Shown here in pieces: positions 9,651 to 17,813 of a stretch of 24,789 nucleotides of DNA. This stretch comes from Bacillota bacterium. GTDB taxonomy: Bacteria > Bacillota > Clostridia > TANB77 > CAG-508. The stretch's first letter is position 1. The number at the start of each line of letters is the position of its first letter. The notes beneath the pieces are model-generated. The model was not told the DNA's origin and did not search any database. It saw nothing but the letters and a program-made list of their open reading frames with translations. Made by a program: the position numbers and the translations under genes. The stretch spans positions 1 to 24,789 of the forward strand of contig CAWVME010000047.1 of NCBI GenBank assembly GCA_963930325.1, in the 5' to 3' direction.

Positions 9651-12099
9651 ATGTTTCAAAATATATCAATAGAAGATGCAGATGAAAGAGAAGATACAAA
9701 AGAAGATGAAAGAGTATACAAAATACAAAAGTGGAAGAAATTATTTGGCATAAGAAATTGTATTATTTATCTACTTTCTTTTTTTATCTCTACAGTTCCA
9801 TTAGGAAATTTCGTAGCACCATTTGGACTAGCCATGTTTGCTGCTGCTTGTAGCAACGAAATTCCAGCGGGAATAATTTATATTGCTTCAGCAATTGGTG
9901 TTGTTGTAGGATTTGGAAAAGAAAGTTTACTTTCATTTATTCTTACATCTTTGGTATTTATGTTTGCAATTTTATTATTTAAACCTAATATAGAAGACAG
10001 TACAAGAAATGAAAAAAGAAAATTAGGATTACATTTGTTTTTTTCATATTTATTAGTACAAGTTATGGGATTATTTTTAGGACGATTTTATTTATATGAT
10101 GTATTAAGCGCAATTGCAATCAGTTTAATAGCATATATTTTTTATAAAATTTTCAGTAATAGTTTAGCATTTATAAAAGAATATGGAGAAAAAACTGTAT
10201 TTACTGTTGAAGAAGTAATGGCAGTTAGCGTTTTACTTACAATTGCTTTTTCCGCATTTGGAGATTTTGAAATTGCAAGCTTCTCTATAAAAAATATTGC
10301 ATGCATTTTAATGGTGCTTGTATTAGGTTGGAAAAATGGAATCCTTGTAGGAGGAACAGCTGGAGTTACAATAGGAGTACTTCTTGGAATTATAGGAGGA
10401 GAAAATATAGCTTTAATAGGGGCTTATGCAGTTTCTCGGAATGATAGCAGGTTTATTAAACCGTTTTGGAAAATTAGGAGTTATTATAGGTTTTGTATTA
10501 GGAAATGCGGTTCTAACTTATGTAATTAATGGCAATGTGGCAGAAATTATATATTTAAAAGAAATTATAGTTTCATCTATTGCGCTACTACTTATACCTA
10601 AATCTATGGATTTAAGTATAGAAGATTTAATCGGAAAAAACAAACTATTGCCAAACTATAAAGGAAGAATGTTAGAAGAAACTGGAGATACTGTGTATAA
10701 ATTAAATAATGTTTCAGAGACCATTGCTGAAATTGCAACAACATATAAAGAAGTGGCAGCTACTGTATTAGAAACAGATAAAGAGATTTATGAAGAAAAC
10801 AGAAATTTATTTATTGATGAGTTTTTAAACAATATAGCAGAATTGTCTGACAGTATATTATATGATGACATAACAAATTTAGAAAATGGAATTTTAGATG
10901 ATATTTTTCAAATTTTAACAGAAAAAGAAGAAATAGATTTGCAAGACTTAAGTCATGTATTAGAAAAAAGAAATAGCTATATACTAGGAATTAGCGACAG
11001 AAAAGAAAATGAACAAATAGAAGATGAGATAACAGAAATGATAAAAGCTATGAATTATACCTATAAAATTAGTAAATTAAGTTTCGCATGGAAGCAAAAA
11101 ATTAATGAAAACAAAAAAACACTTTCAGAACAATTAAATGGGGTTTCTAAAGTTATTAATTCAGTGGCAGAAGAAATTAATGCTAAAGCAGACAACAATA
11201 ATGAAAAAAAGCAAGAAGAAATTCAAATTTTACTAGAACAAAAGGAAATAGAAGTTACAGACATTACAATGAAACAAGAAAAAAATAAAAAATATGTTGT
11301 AACGATTTATACAAGACAAGAAGAAGTGGCAGAAGACTTAAAAAAGATACAAAAAATAGAAGAAATATTAACTAGAATTCTAAAAGAAAAAATGATTTTA
11401 CAGAAACAAAAAAAGCAAAAAAATGGAACTCAAATTCAAATTTATTCTTCAGAAGATAAATATACTTTACAAATAGGAGTTGCCAAAACAACTAAAGAAA
11501 ATAGCAAAGTTTCGGGAGACAGTAATTTACATATAAAGCTTGATGATGGAAAATACTTACTAGCATTGAGTGATGGAATGGGTTCAGGAGAAGAAGCTAA
11601 GAAAAATAGTAGTATGGCATTAAAAATGTTAAAAAAATTATTAACAGTTGGATTTGACAAAGATGTATCTATGCAGTTAATTAATTCTACTTTATCTTTA
11701 AATAGCGGACAAGACATGTATTCTACTCTAGACATGTGTATTCTAGATTTATATAAAGGAAATTTAGAATTTATAAAAAATGGGGCTATGCCCACACTAA
11801 TAAAAAATGAAAAAAGTGTAAAAACTGTAGAATCGATTTCATTACCAGCAGGTATTATGAGTCATATTGATTTGGTAACTTATGATATGGATGTACAAGC
11901 TGGAGATATAATAGTAATGTGTACAGATGGAATAATTGAATCAAAAACAGAGAACAGTAAGTGGTTAGAAGAAATGATAAAAAATATATCAACGCAAAAT
12001 GTACAAAAAATAGCAGATTTAATTTTAGCAGAAGCAATAGACAATAATTATGGAACACCAAAGGATGACATGACAGTTATTGTGGCAAAGATAAAATAA
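9651..12099 (+). CDS. spoIIE: Stage II sporulation protein E (polytopic membrane PP2C phosphatase), with one +1 frame break at CGG 10437-10439
   Basis: ORFs 9642-10529 and 10426-12099. Preferred start is ATG 9651, after GAGGTGG. The N-terminal third is multi-TM. C-terminal PP2C/SpoIIE motifs are LALSDGMGSGEEA, MCTDGIIE and KDDMTVIVAKI. The junction reads GTT TCT CGG AAT; skipping the C gives AYAVSGMIAGLLNRFGKLG. Confidence 0.85.
10437..10440 (+). other. In-frame CGG at a +1 frame junction (CGGA)
   Basis: TCT CGG AAT GAT in frame 0. GGA ATG ATA GCA GGT (G M I A G) in frame +1 continues the SpoIIE membrane domain. Confidence 0.7.
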
Positions 12100-12105
12100 T
12101 AGGAA

Positions 12106-12150
12106 GTAATTATCCCTCGGCTTAGTGGAGTGAAGCCGAGGGATAATTAC
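12106..12150. terminator. Bidirectional terminator hairpin between convergent spoIIE and the thioesterase gene
   Basis: gtaattatccctcggctt (12106-12123) / agtggagtg / aagccgagggataattac (12133-12150): a perfect 18-bp stem, GC-rich relative to its surroundings. Confidence 0.8.
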
Positions 12151-12870
12151 TTAAGACAACTTTACAATTGCATGTAATTGATTTAAATCTTTGTTTTTCA
12201 TAGTAATAATTTGCTCTCCGTTTTCATTTTCCGAATAAAAGCAAGTAATTGTATCACCTAATTTGGCGCCGTGCTTATACATAATTTCTACTGAAGAGAT
12301 AGAGCGATTTATAGATTCTTCAGGAAGTGCTTCTAAAGCGATTTGTAAATAATTGTTATTATTCACATGCCCATTAGTATCAATGTCTCTTCGTAAAACA
12401 GAATAAGAAAAAGTAAGAACAGAATTAGTAGGCTCTTTTAATTTTGAAAATGGAGTGTTAAAACTACATTTTTTTTCTATACAGAAACAGTCTATAATAG
12501 AATCTGAAATTTTTTCAATACGACTGGTTAGTACATTAAATAAAACCCACTTAGAAGAGCCCTTCATAATTAAGCTTTCGTTTTCATCATAAATTTCATA
12601 ATCACGATATGCATATAAACTATCAGAACCTCTAGACCAAGTGATTACATGTAATTTTTCATTCCAAGAAGGAAGTCTGTTAATGAAAGCTTTCCAAGCC
12701 ATAACAATCCAAGCAAGATGAGTTGTTGGGATTTGATTTAAGCCATATCCTGCAGAGTCAGAATGTAAACAGCCAACTTCTTGTAAAATATTGAATAAAG
12801 AAGAAAGTTTTAAACGATTATTAGAATCAACATCTGAATAATGAACATAAAAGTCTTTTTCATAAAACAT
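12151..12870 (-). CDS. Acyl-ACP thioesterase (double hotdog, FatA/B-like family)
   Basis: 239 aa. FYVHYSDVDSNNRLKLSSLFNILQEVGCLHS in the first half and VLRRDIDTNGHVNNNNYLQIALEALP in the second half are typical of this family. GGAGG-type RBS (aggaggttttt on the minus strand) precedes the ATG. Confidence 0.8.
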   Translation of the reverse strand: MFYEKDFYVHYSDVDSNNRLKLSSLFNILQEVGCLHSDSAGYGLNQIPTTHLAWIVMAWKAFINRLPSWNEKLHVITWSRGSDSLYAYRDYEIYDENESLIMKGSSKWVLFNVLTSRIEKISDSIIDCFCIEKKCSFNTPFSKLKEPTNSVLTFSYSVLRRDIDTNGHVNNNNYLQIALEALPEESINRSISSVEIMYKHGAKLGDTITCFYSENENGEQIITMKNKDLNQLHAIVKLS

Positions 12871-12956
12871 AATATTAAAAACCTCCTAAGTAATATATAG
12901 CATGATAAAACGATGATAGTATTATAGCACTTCCTAAGCAAAAATTCAGCAAAATA

Positions 12957-12985
12957 TTGTAATTTAATAAAAAAAATGATATATT
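12957..12985 (+). promoter_or_regulatory. Putative sigma-A promoter with extended -10 for the WG-repeat gene
   Basis: TTGTAA (12957-12962), 17-nt spacer containing TG (12977-12978), TATATT (12980-12985), about 30 nt upstream of ATG 13016. Confidence 0.35.
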
Positions 12986-13015
12986 ATACATAAATTATGT
13001 ATAATGGAGGTAGGT

Positions 13016-14524
13016 ATGAGGAGAGGAAGACGATATGAGCGACGTGAAAAATTAAACATAAAAAAAGTAGTAGGAGTATTTATCGCTATTGCCGTTATAA
13101 TTATGTTTATTATTTCAATTAGAAGCCTATTGAACAGTGACATAACAAATGAGAAAGCAAAAATAGAATATTTTACAATATATGATAACAACAAATGGGG
13201 AGTAATGAATAGTAATGGAGAAGAAGTTATTCATGCTTCTTATGATGAAATGATTATTATTCCTGATAGTACACAAAACTTATTTATTTGCACTTATGAT
13301 GTAGACTATAATACTGGTACATATAAAACAAAAGTAATTAATGAAAAAGAAGAAATATTATTTGATAATTATGAAGCTGTCGAACCAATTGAAAATTACG
13401 ACCAAGCAGGTAACCTTTGGTATGAATCTAATATTTTAAGGGTAAAAAAAGATGGTAAGTACGGATTGATTAATTACCAAGGGGTAGAAGTACTGTCATG
13501 TGAATATGATAGTATCGAATCAATCAAAGGTGTAAGAAATAGTTTATTATTGACTAAAGAGGGAAAACAAGGATTAGCAAGTGGCACAGGAGATTTAATT
13601 ATTAATACAGAATATCAAAAAGTAGAAGCGATAGGAACTAATTATTCAGATGGCTCTATTGTGCAAAATGACGAAGGAAATTGGGGCGTAATTGATAGCA
13701 ATAAAAGAATGATACTAGAAGTAAAATACGAAGAAATTGCAAAAATAACCGGAAATGATACTTATCTAGTGAAAGAAAATGGAACATGGAAAATGGTAAA
13801 TAAAAGGGCAGAGGAATTATTTACATTTGTCTACGATTCAGCAAAAGAAATGAATGTAAATAACATTGTTGTACAAAAAGATGGAAATTATGGTGTTATT
13901 GATTACAGCGGAAATGTTATTATCCAACCAGAATATGAAGATATTAGCTATATCTCGGGAGAAAATTATATTGCCAAAAAAGATAATAAATATGGAATAA
14001 TTAATAGCAAAGGGGAAACTCTTTTGAACTTTGAATACGTAAATTTGTATTATAGAGAAGAGGCAGACTTCTTAGAAGCAGAAAAAGAAAACTTAGAAAT
14101 TTCTATTTTGGATAAAAACTTCGAAACAAAAGTAACAGGAATTATAACAGAGGTAAATACAGATAAAGGATATATTCGTGTAAGAGAAGGCGAAGACTAT
14201 CAATATTATAATTTTAGATTAGAAAGAAAAGAAGCTAAAGATGTATTAACTGAAAATAATTTATTTTTAAGTAAAAAAGATGGAAAATACGGATTTGTAG
14301 ATAAAGATGGAAATGTAGTTGTAGATTATTTATATGATGATGCTACAGAACAAAATAGATTTGGATATGCCGGAATAAAATTAAATGGACAATGGGGCAG
14401 CATAAATAAAGATGGAACGGTTGTGCTAGAACCAAGCAAAAATTTAGAAACAAGTTTTGTGATTGATTTTATTGGGCAATGGCATTTGGCAGAAGAACTA
14501 AATATGAATTATTATATAAAATAA
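13016..14524 (+). CDS. Membrane-anchored WG (KWG) repeat-containing protein of unknown function
   Basis: Start ATG 13016 lies 5 nt after GGAGG (13006-13010); the ORF-track start at 13004 lies inside the SD. N-terminal basic stretch plus TM segment VVGVFIAIAVIIMFIISI. Repeated units follow: NKWGVMNSNGEEVI, GKYGLINYQGVEVL, GNWGVIDSNKRMIL, GNYGVIDYSGNVII, NKYGIINSKGETLL, GKYGFVDKDGNVVV, GQWGSINKDGTVVL. Confidence 0.8.
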   Translation: MRRGRRYERREKLNIKKVVGVFIAIAVIIMFIISIRSLLNSDITNEKAKIEYFTIYDNNKWGVMNSNGEEVIHASYDEMIIIPDSTQNLFICTYDVDYNTGTYKTKVINEKEEILFDNYEAVEPIENYDQAGNLWYESNILRVKKDGKYGLINYQGVEVLSCEYDSIESIKGVRNSLLLTKEGKQGLASGTGDLIINTEYQKVEAIGTNYSDGSIVQNDEGNWGVIDSNKRMILEVKYEEIAKITGNDTYLVKENGTWKMVNKRAEELFTFVYDSAKEMNVNNIVVQKDGNYGVIDYSGNVIIQPEYEDISYISGENYIAKKDNKYGIINSKGETLLNFEYVNLYYREEADFLEAEKENLEISILDKNFETKVTGIITEVNTDKGYIRVREGEDYQYYNFRLERKEAKDVLTENNLFLSKKDGKYGFVDKDGNVVVDYLYDDATEQNRFGYAGIKLNGQWGSINKDGTVVLEPSKNLETSFVIDFIGQWHLAEELNMNYYIK

Positions 14525-14538
14525 AAACTTATTCATAT

Positions 14539-14568
14539 AACCGTAATCATGTTTGTATGATTACGGTT
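14539..14568 (+). terminator. Terminator-like hairpin after the WG-repeat gene
   Basis: aaccgtaatcat / gtttgt / atgattacggtt: a perfect 12-bp stem. The following T-run is weak (ttat). Confidence 0.55.
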
Positions 14569-14604
14569 TATGCATTAAATATAGCAAAAAGAAGGAAGGA
14601 AAAA

Positions 14605-14976
14605 ATGAGAATAACATGTGGAACAGATGTGATAGAAATAGAGAGAATTAAGGAATCCATTGAAAAGAGCGGAGAAACATTCTTAAAAAAAATATATACA
14701 CAAACAGAAATAAATTATTGCCAAGCAAAAAGAAAAGCTATGTATCAGCATTTTGCGGCTAGATTTGCGGCAAAAGAGGCAATATTTAAAGCCATTTCCT
14801 GCTATTTAAAGGAAAAATTTGATATAACATGGACAGATGTAGAAATAATAAATGAGCAAGACGGAAAACCAAAGGTACATTTTTTGCAAAAAGAAATATC
14901 AAACATAAATATTGATTTAAGTATTTCACATTGCCAAAACTATGCTGTAGCGACAGCAATAGCAATAAAAGAATAA
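14605..14976 (+). CDS. acpS: Holo-[acyl-carrier-protein] synthase (4'-phosphopantetheinyl transferase)
   Basis: 123 aa from ATG 14605, after GAAGGAAGG. MRITCGTDVIEIERI..., FAARFAAKEAIFKA, DGKPKV and ISHCQNYAVATAIA match AcpS. The ORF-track extension back to 14479 crosses the terminator hairpin. Confidence 0.9.
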   Translation: MRITCGTDVIEIERIKESIEKSGETFLKKIYTQTEINYCQAKRKAMYQHFAARFAAKEAIFKAISCYLKEKFDITWTDVEIINEQDGKPKVHFLQKEISNINIDLSISHCQNYAVATAIAIKE

Positions 14977-14989
14977 GAAAGGAGTTATT

Positions 14990-15743
14990 ATGGAATTTTT
15001 TGATTCACATTCACACTATAATGATGAAAAATTTAATATAGATAGAGAAGAAATATTGCGAGAAGTTCAAGAAGCAGGAGTAACAAAACTTGTTATAGCT
15101 GGATATAATATAGAATCTTCAAAATTTGCTATTGATATAGCTAAAAAACACGAAGCAATTTATGCTGTTGTGCGGGATATCGCCAAATGATATAGGAGAA
15201 AATACAAGTAAAATAGAAGAATTGGCACAAAATAAAAAAGTAGTAGCTATTGGGGAAATAGGCTTAGATTATTACTGGGAAAGAGAAAACAAGGAATTAC
15301 AAAAGCAAACTTTTATAGAGCAAATTGACATTGCAAACCGATTAGAACTACCGATTGTTATTCATTGCAGAGATGCAATCATAGATACACTGGAGATTTT
15401 AAAAAAGGAAGAGTGTAAAAAAAGAGGAATATTCCATTGCTGTATGTTAAACCCAGAACTTGTAAAAGAAGCATTAAAATTAGGTTATACTATATCTTTG
15501 GCAGGGCCAATAACATTTAAAAATTCTAAAAATGCGGAAAAAATTGTCCAGATGATACCAGAAGATAAATTGCTAATAGAAACGGATTGCCCATATTTAG
15601 CACCTGAACCTAAACGAGGAACTAGAAATGATTCAAGAAATTTAATATTGGTAGCAAAAAAAATAGCGGAAATAAAAGGAAAAACAGTAGAAGAAATTGC
15701 TAAAATAACATACATTAATGCAGAAAATATATTTGAAATATAA
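14990..15743 (+). CDS. tatD: TatD-family metal-dependent DNase/hydrolase, with one +1 frame break at CGG 15173-15175
   Basis: ORFs 14990-15190 and 15162-15743. FDSHSHYNDEKF (HxH), AIGEIGLDYYWE, PIVIHCRDA, GIFHC and ETDCPYLAP are TatD motifs. The junction reads GTT GTG CGG GAT; skipping the C gives AIYAVVGISPND, the conserved G-x-H/S-P segment. Confidence 0.85.
15173..15176 (+). other. In-frame CGG at a +1 frame junction (CGGG)
   Basis: GTG CGG GAT ATC GCC AAA TGA in frame 0. GGG ATA TCG CCA AAT GAT (G I S P N D) in frame +1. Confidence 0.7.
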
Positions 15744-15753
15744 AATATTCGCA

Positions 15754-15789
15754 AAAAAATATCAAATGTTTAGTCATTTGATATTTTTT
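15754..15789. terminator. AT-rich terminator hairpin after tatD
   Basis: aaaaaatatcaaatg (15754-15768) / tttagt / catttgatatttttt (15775-15789): a 15-bp stem with A-run and T-run arms, so potentially bidirectional. Confidence 0.6.
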
Positions 15790-15805
15790 ATTGTATAGGA
15801 AAAAT
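15784..15805 (+). repeat. 22-nt exact intergenic repeat, copy A (ttttttattgtataggaaaaat)
   Basis: Identical to 17768-17789. Both copies start in the T-run of a terminator. A degenerate third copy (tatttgtatagggaaaatc) lies at 15897-15916. Confidence 0.8.
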
Positions 15806-15963
15806 CGTCAGATTTTTCTGGAGCAACAAGGTTAAGTTACTTTGGCTGTGCATATTCGCGAAGCGAAATGCTACAATAGGCAAAGCCACTTTTCTTATAT
15901 TTGTATAGGGAAAATCAAATTAGTAAAAAGAAAAGTGATTTTGAAGACTATTATTATTTTAGA

Positions 15964-16515
15964 TTATTTATTAAAATCTACTTTTACATTTTTTCTAGCC
16001 TCTTCACTATCTGTTTTGAAAAGTTCTTCTGGAGTAAAGTGGAACATAGAAGCAATAATATTTGAAGGAACTACCTCTAATTTTGTATTATACATAGTAA
16101 CTGTGTCATTGTAAAACTGTCTAGCAAAAGAGATTTTGTCTTCGGTGTTTTTTAATTCTTCTTGTAGTTGCATAAAATTTTGATTTGCTTTTAAATCTGG
16201 ATAATTTTCAGAAATTGCCATAATAGTTTTTAAAGTATTAGAAAGTTCTTCATTAAGTTCAGCTTTTTCATGAACTGTCGAAGCGTTTGCCCAAGAAGTT
16301 CTAAGCTCAGCAATTTTTGTCAAACTAGCTTCTTCATGACTCATATAACCTTTGACAGATTCTACCAAATTTGGAATTAAATCAAATCTTCTTTGTAATT
16401 GGACATCAATTTGGCTCCAACCATTCTTAACTTTTTGTCTAGCAGTTACTAAACCATTATAAATGGAAACAACAAATAAGACTAGAACTACTAGAATAAT
16501 TAGTACAATCCACAT
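15964..16515 (-). CDS. lemA: LemA family membrane protein
   Basis: Preferred start is ATG at 16515 (MWIVLIILVVLVLFVV...), 7 nt after AAAGGAGGG; the longer ORF to 16539 starts upstream of that SD. LVTARQKVKNGWSQIDVQLQRRFDLIPNLVESVKGY is the LemA signature region. Confidence 0.85.
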   Translation of the reverse strand: MWIVLIILVVLVLFVVSIYNGLVTARQKVKNGWSQIDVQLQRRFDLIPNLVESVKGYMSHEEASLTKIAELRTSWANASTVHEKAELNEELSNTLKTIMAISENYPDLKANQNFMQLQEELKNTEDKISFARQFYNDTVTMYNTKLEVVPSNIIASMFHFTPEELFKTDSEEARKNVKVDFNK

Positions 16516-16728
16516 AATTAAACCCTCCTTTAATAGCATTATAATATCATAAATTTATTCTATTTTCAATATAAATAGGTAAAGATTAGAAATAGAAAAT
16601 GTATGAATTTTTACAAAAAAGAAAAAATTTAGTTCTAACCTTGGTACAAGCTACATATAATATATTATAGAAAGAGTTAGAAACACGAAAACTTACAATC
16701 AACTTGTATTCCTAAAAAACACAAAAAT

Positions 16729-16757
16729 TTGACAAATTTAGAAAAACATAGTATAAT
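16729..16757 (+). promoter_or_regulatory. Consensus sigma-A promoter of the yabE-like gene
   Basis: TTGACA (16729-16734), exactly 17 nt, TATAAT (16752-16757). RBS AAAGGAGG (16773-16780) precedes ATG 16793. Confidence 0.7.
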
Positions 16758-16792
16758 AAAAAAGGTTTCGTTAAAGGAGGAACAAAATTTAT

Positions 16793-17722
16793 ATGAAAAA
16801 TAAGAACAATGCACATGCACCAATTGTAAAAATTGGTATTATATGCATCGTAATGATTTTTAGTTTAATGTTAATTGTACGAGCTGGAAATATAAGAGTG
16901 CAGGATGTAACAATTGAACTTGCAAACGGATCAGAATTAAATGTTATGACATCCAAAGTAAAAGTATCAGAAATATTAGAAGAAAACCATATTCTTGTCT
17001 TAGAAGATGAAAAGGTAATTCCAGATTTAGAATCTGAAATAGGAGAAAACAAACTTATAAAAATTGCAAAGAATACAGACGAAACATTAAATACAACGGT
17101 TGCTTCTAATGAGAATGTAGATGAAACACTAAATAAGATTTTAGAAGATTATGGAACTATTACAGAAAAAATTGTTGTAGAACAAGTTGAAATTCCATTT
17201 GAAACCATTACAAAAGACGTATCTAGTGGTTCAGGAGACACACAAAATAGAGTATTACAACAAGGTCAAAATGGATTAAAAGAAATTACTTATAGAATTA
17301 AGTATAAAGACGATATAGAAATAGAAAAAACAGAAATTTCTTCTGTAACTATTAAAGAACCTGTAGACAAAATTATACAAGTAAGCACAAAGCAAACATC
17401 TAGAAGTTCGAGCGTGTCAAGAACAAGTTCTACAACAGCAAGTAGTGGTAAATATAAAATAACAGCATATTGTCCTTGTATGAAATGTTGTGGAAAAACA
17501 AATGGAATTACAGCAATGGGAACAAAAGCAACAGCAAACCATACAGTAGCTGCATCTTCTCAATTTGCATTTGGAACTAAACTTAAAATTAATGGAATTG
17601 TTTACACAGTAGAAGATAGGGGAGGAGCTATTTACGGAAATAGAATAGATATTTATATGAATTCACATTCAGAAGCACTTGCTTGGGGAGTAAGATACTT
17701 AGACGTAGAAGTTGTACAATAA
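16793..17722 (+). CDS. YabE-like cell-wall protein (N-terminal anchor, DUF348-like, G5 and C-terminal 3D/RlpA-like domains)
   Basis: 309 aa. TM segment IVKIGIICIVMIFSLMLIV. DUF348-like VQDVTIELANGSELNVMTSKVKVSEILEEN. G5-like RVLQQGQNGLKEITYRIKYKDDIEIEKTEISSVTIKEPVDKIIQV. 3D domain KITAYCPCMKCCGKTNGITAMGTKA...VEDRGGAIYGNRIDIYM. Confidence 0.8.
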   Translation: MKNKNNAHAPIVKIGIICIVMIFSLMLIVRAGNIRVQDVTIELANGSELNVMTSKVKVSEILEENHILVLEDEKVIPDLESEIGENKLIKIAKNTDETLNTTVASNENVDETLNKILEDYGTITEKIVVEQVEIPFETITKDVSSGSGDTQNRVLQQGQNGLKEITYRIKYKDDIEIEKTEISSVTIKEPVDKIIQVSTKQTSRSSSVSRTSSTTASSGKYKITAYCPCMKCCGKTNGITAMGTKATANHTVAASSQFAFGTKLKINGIVYTVEDRGGAIYGNRIDIYMNSHSEALAWGVRYLDVEVVQ

Positions 17723-17744
17723 TAATAAGATAAAATTTTATAGG

Positions 17745-17773
17745 GGCATAGATTTATATCTATGTCTTTTTTT
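17745..17773 (+). terminator. Rho-independent terminator after the yabE-like gene
   Basis: ggcatagat / ttat / atctatgtc: a 9-bp stem including one G-U pair, followed by seven T (17767-17773). Confidence 0.75.
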
Positions 17774-17789
17774 ATTGTATAGGAAAAAT
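17768..17789 (+). repeat. 22-nt exact intergenic repeat, copy B
   Basis: ttttttattgtataggaaaaat is identical to 15784-15805. It lies between the terminator and the comM RBS (AGGAGGG, 17799-17805). Confidence 0.8.
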
Positions 17790-17813
17790 ATATCGCTAGG
17801 AGGGATAAAAAAT

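Noticed and set aside
12999-13005. TGTATAAT-like -10 element immediately before the WG-repeat gene
   Set aside because: It overlaps the RBS, so a transcript starting there would lack the SD. The TTGTAA-17-TATATT pair at 12957-12985 is the better promoter candidate.
15842-16114. 90-aa + strand ORF spanning the tatD/lemA intergenic region and the lemA 3' end; also the 87-aa - strand ORF at 16789-17052
   Set aside because: Both overlap convincing genes in antisense and lack an RBS and any family resemblance. The intergenic portion is better explained by RNA structure.
16758-16792. Possible c-di-AMP (ydaO-type) riboswitch upstream of the yabE-like wall-protein gene
   Set aside because: The consensus promoter at 16729-16757 leaves a 5' UTR of only about 30 nt, too short for a riboswitch. 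The upstream 190 nt shows no conserved structured elements that I can recognise.
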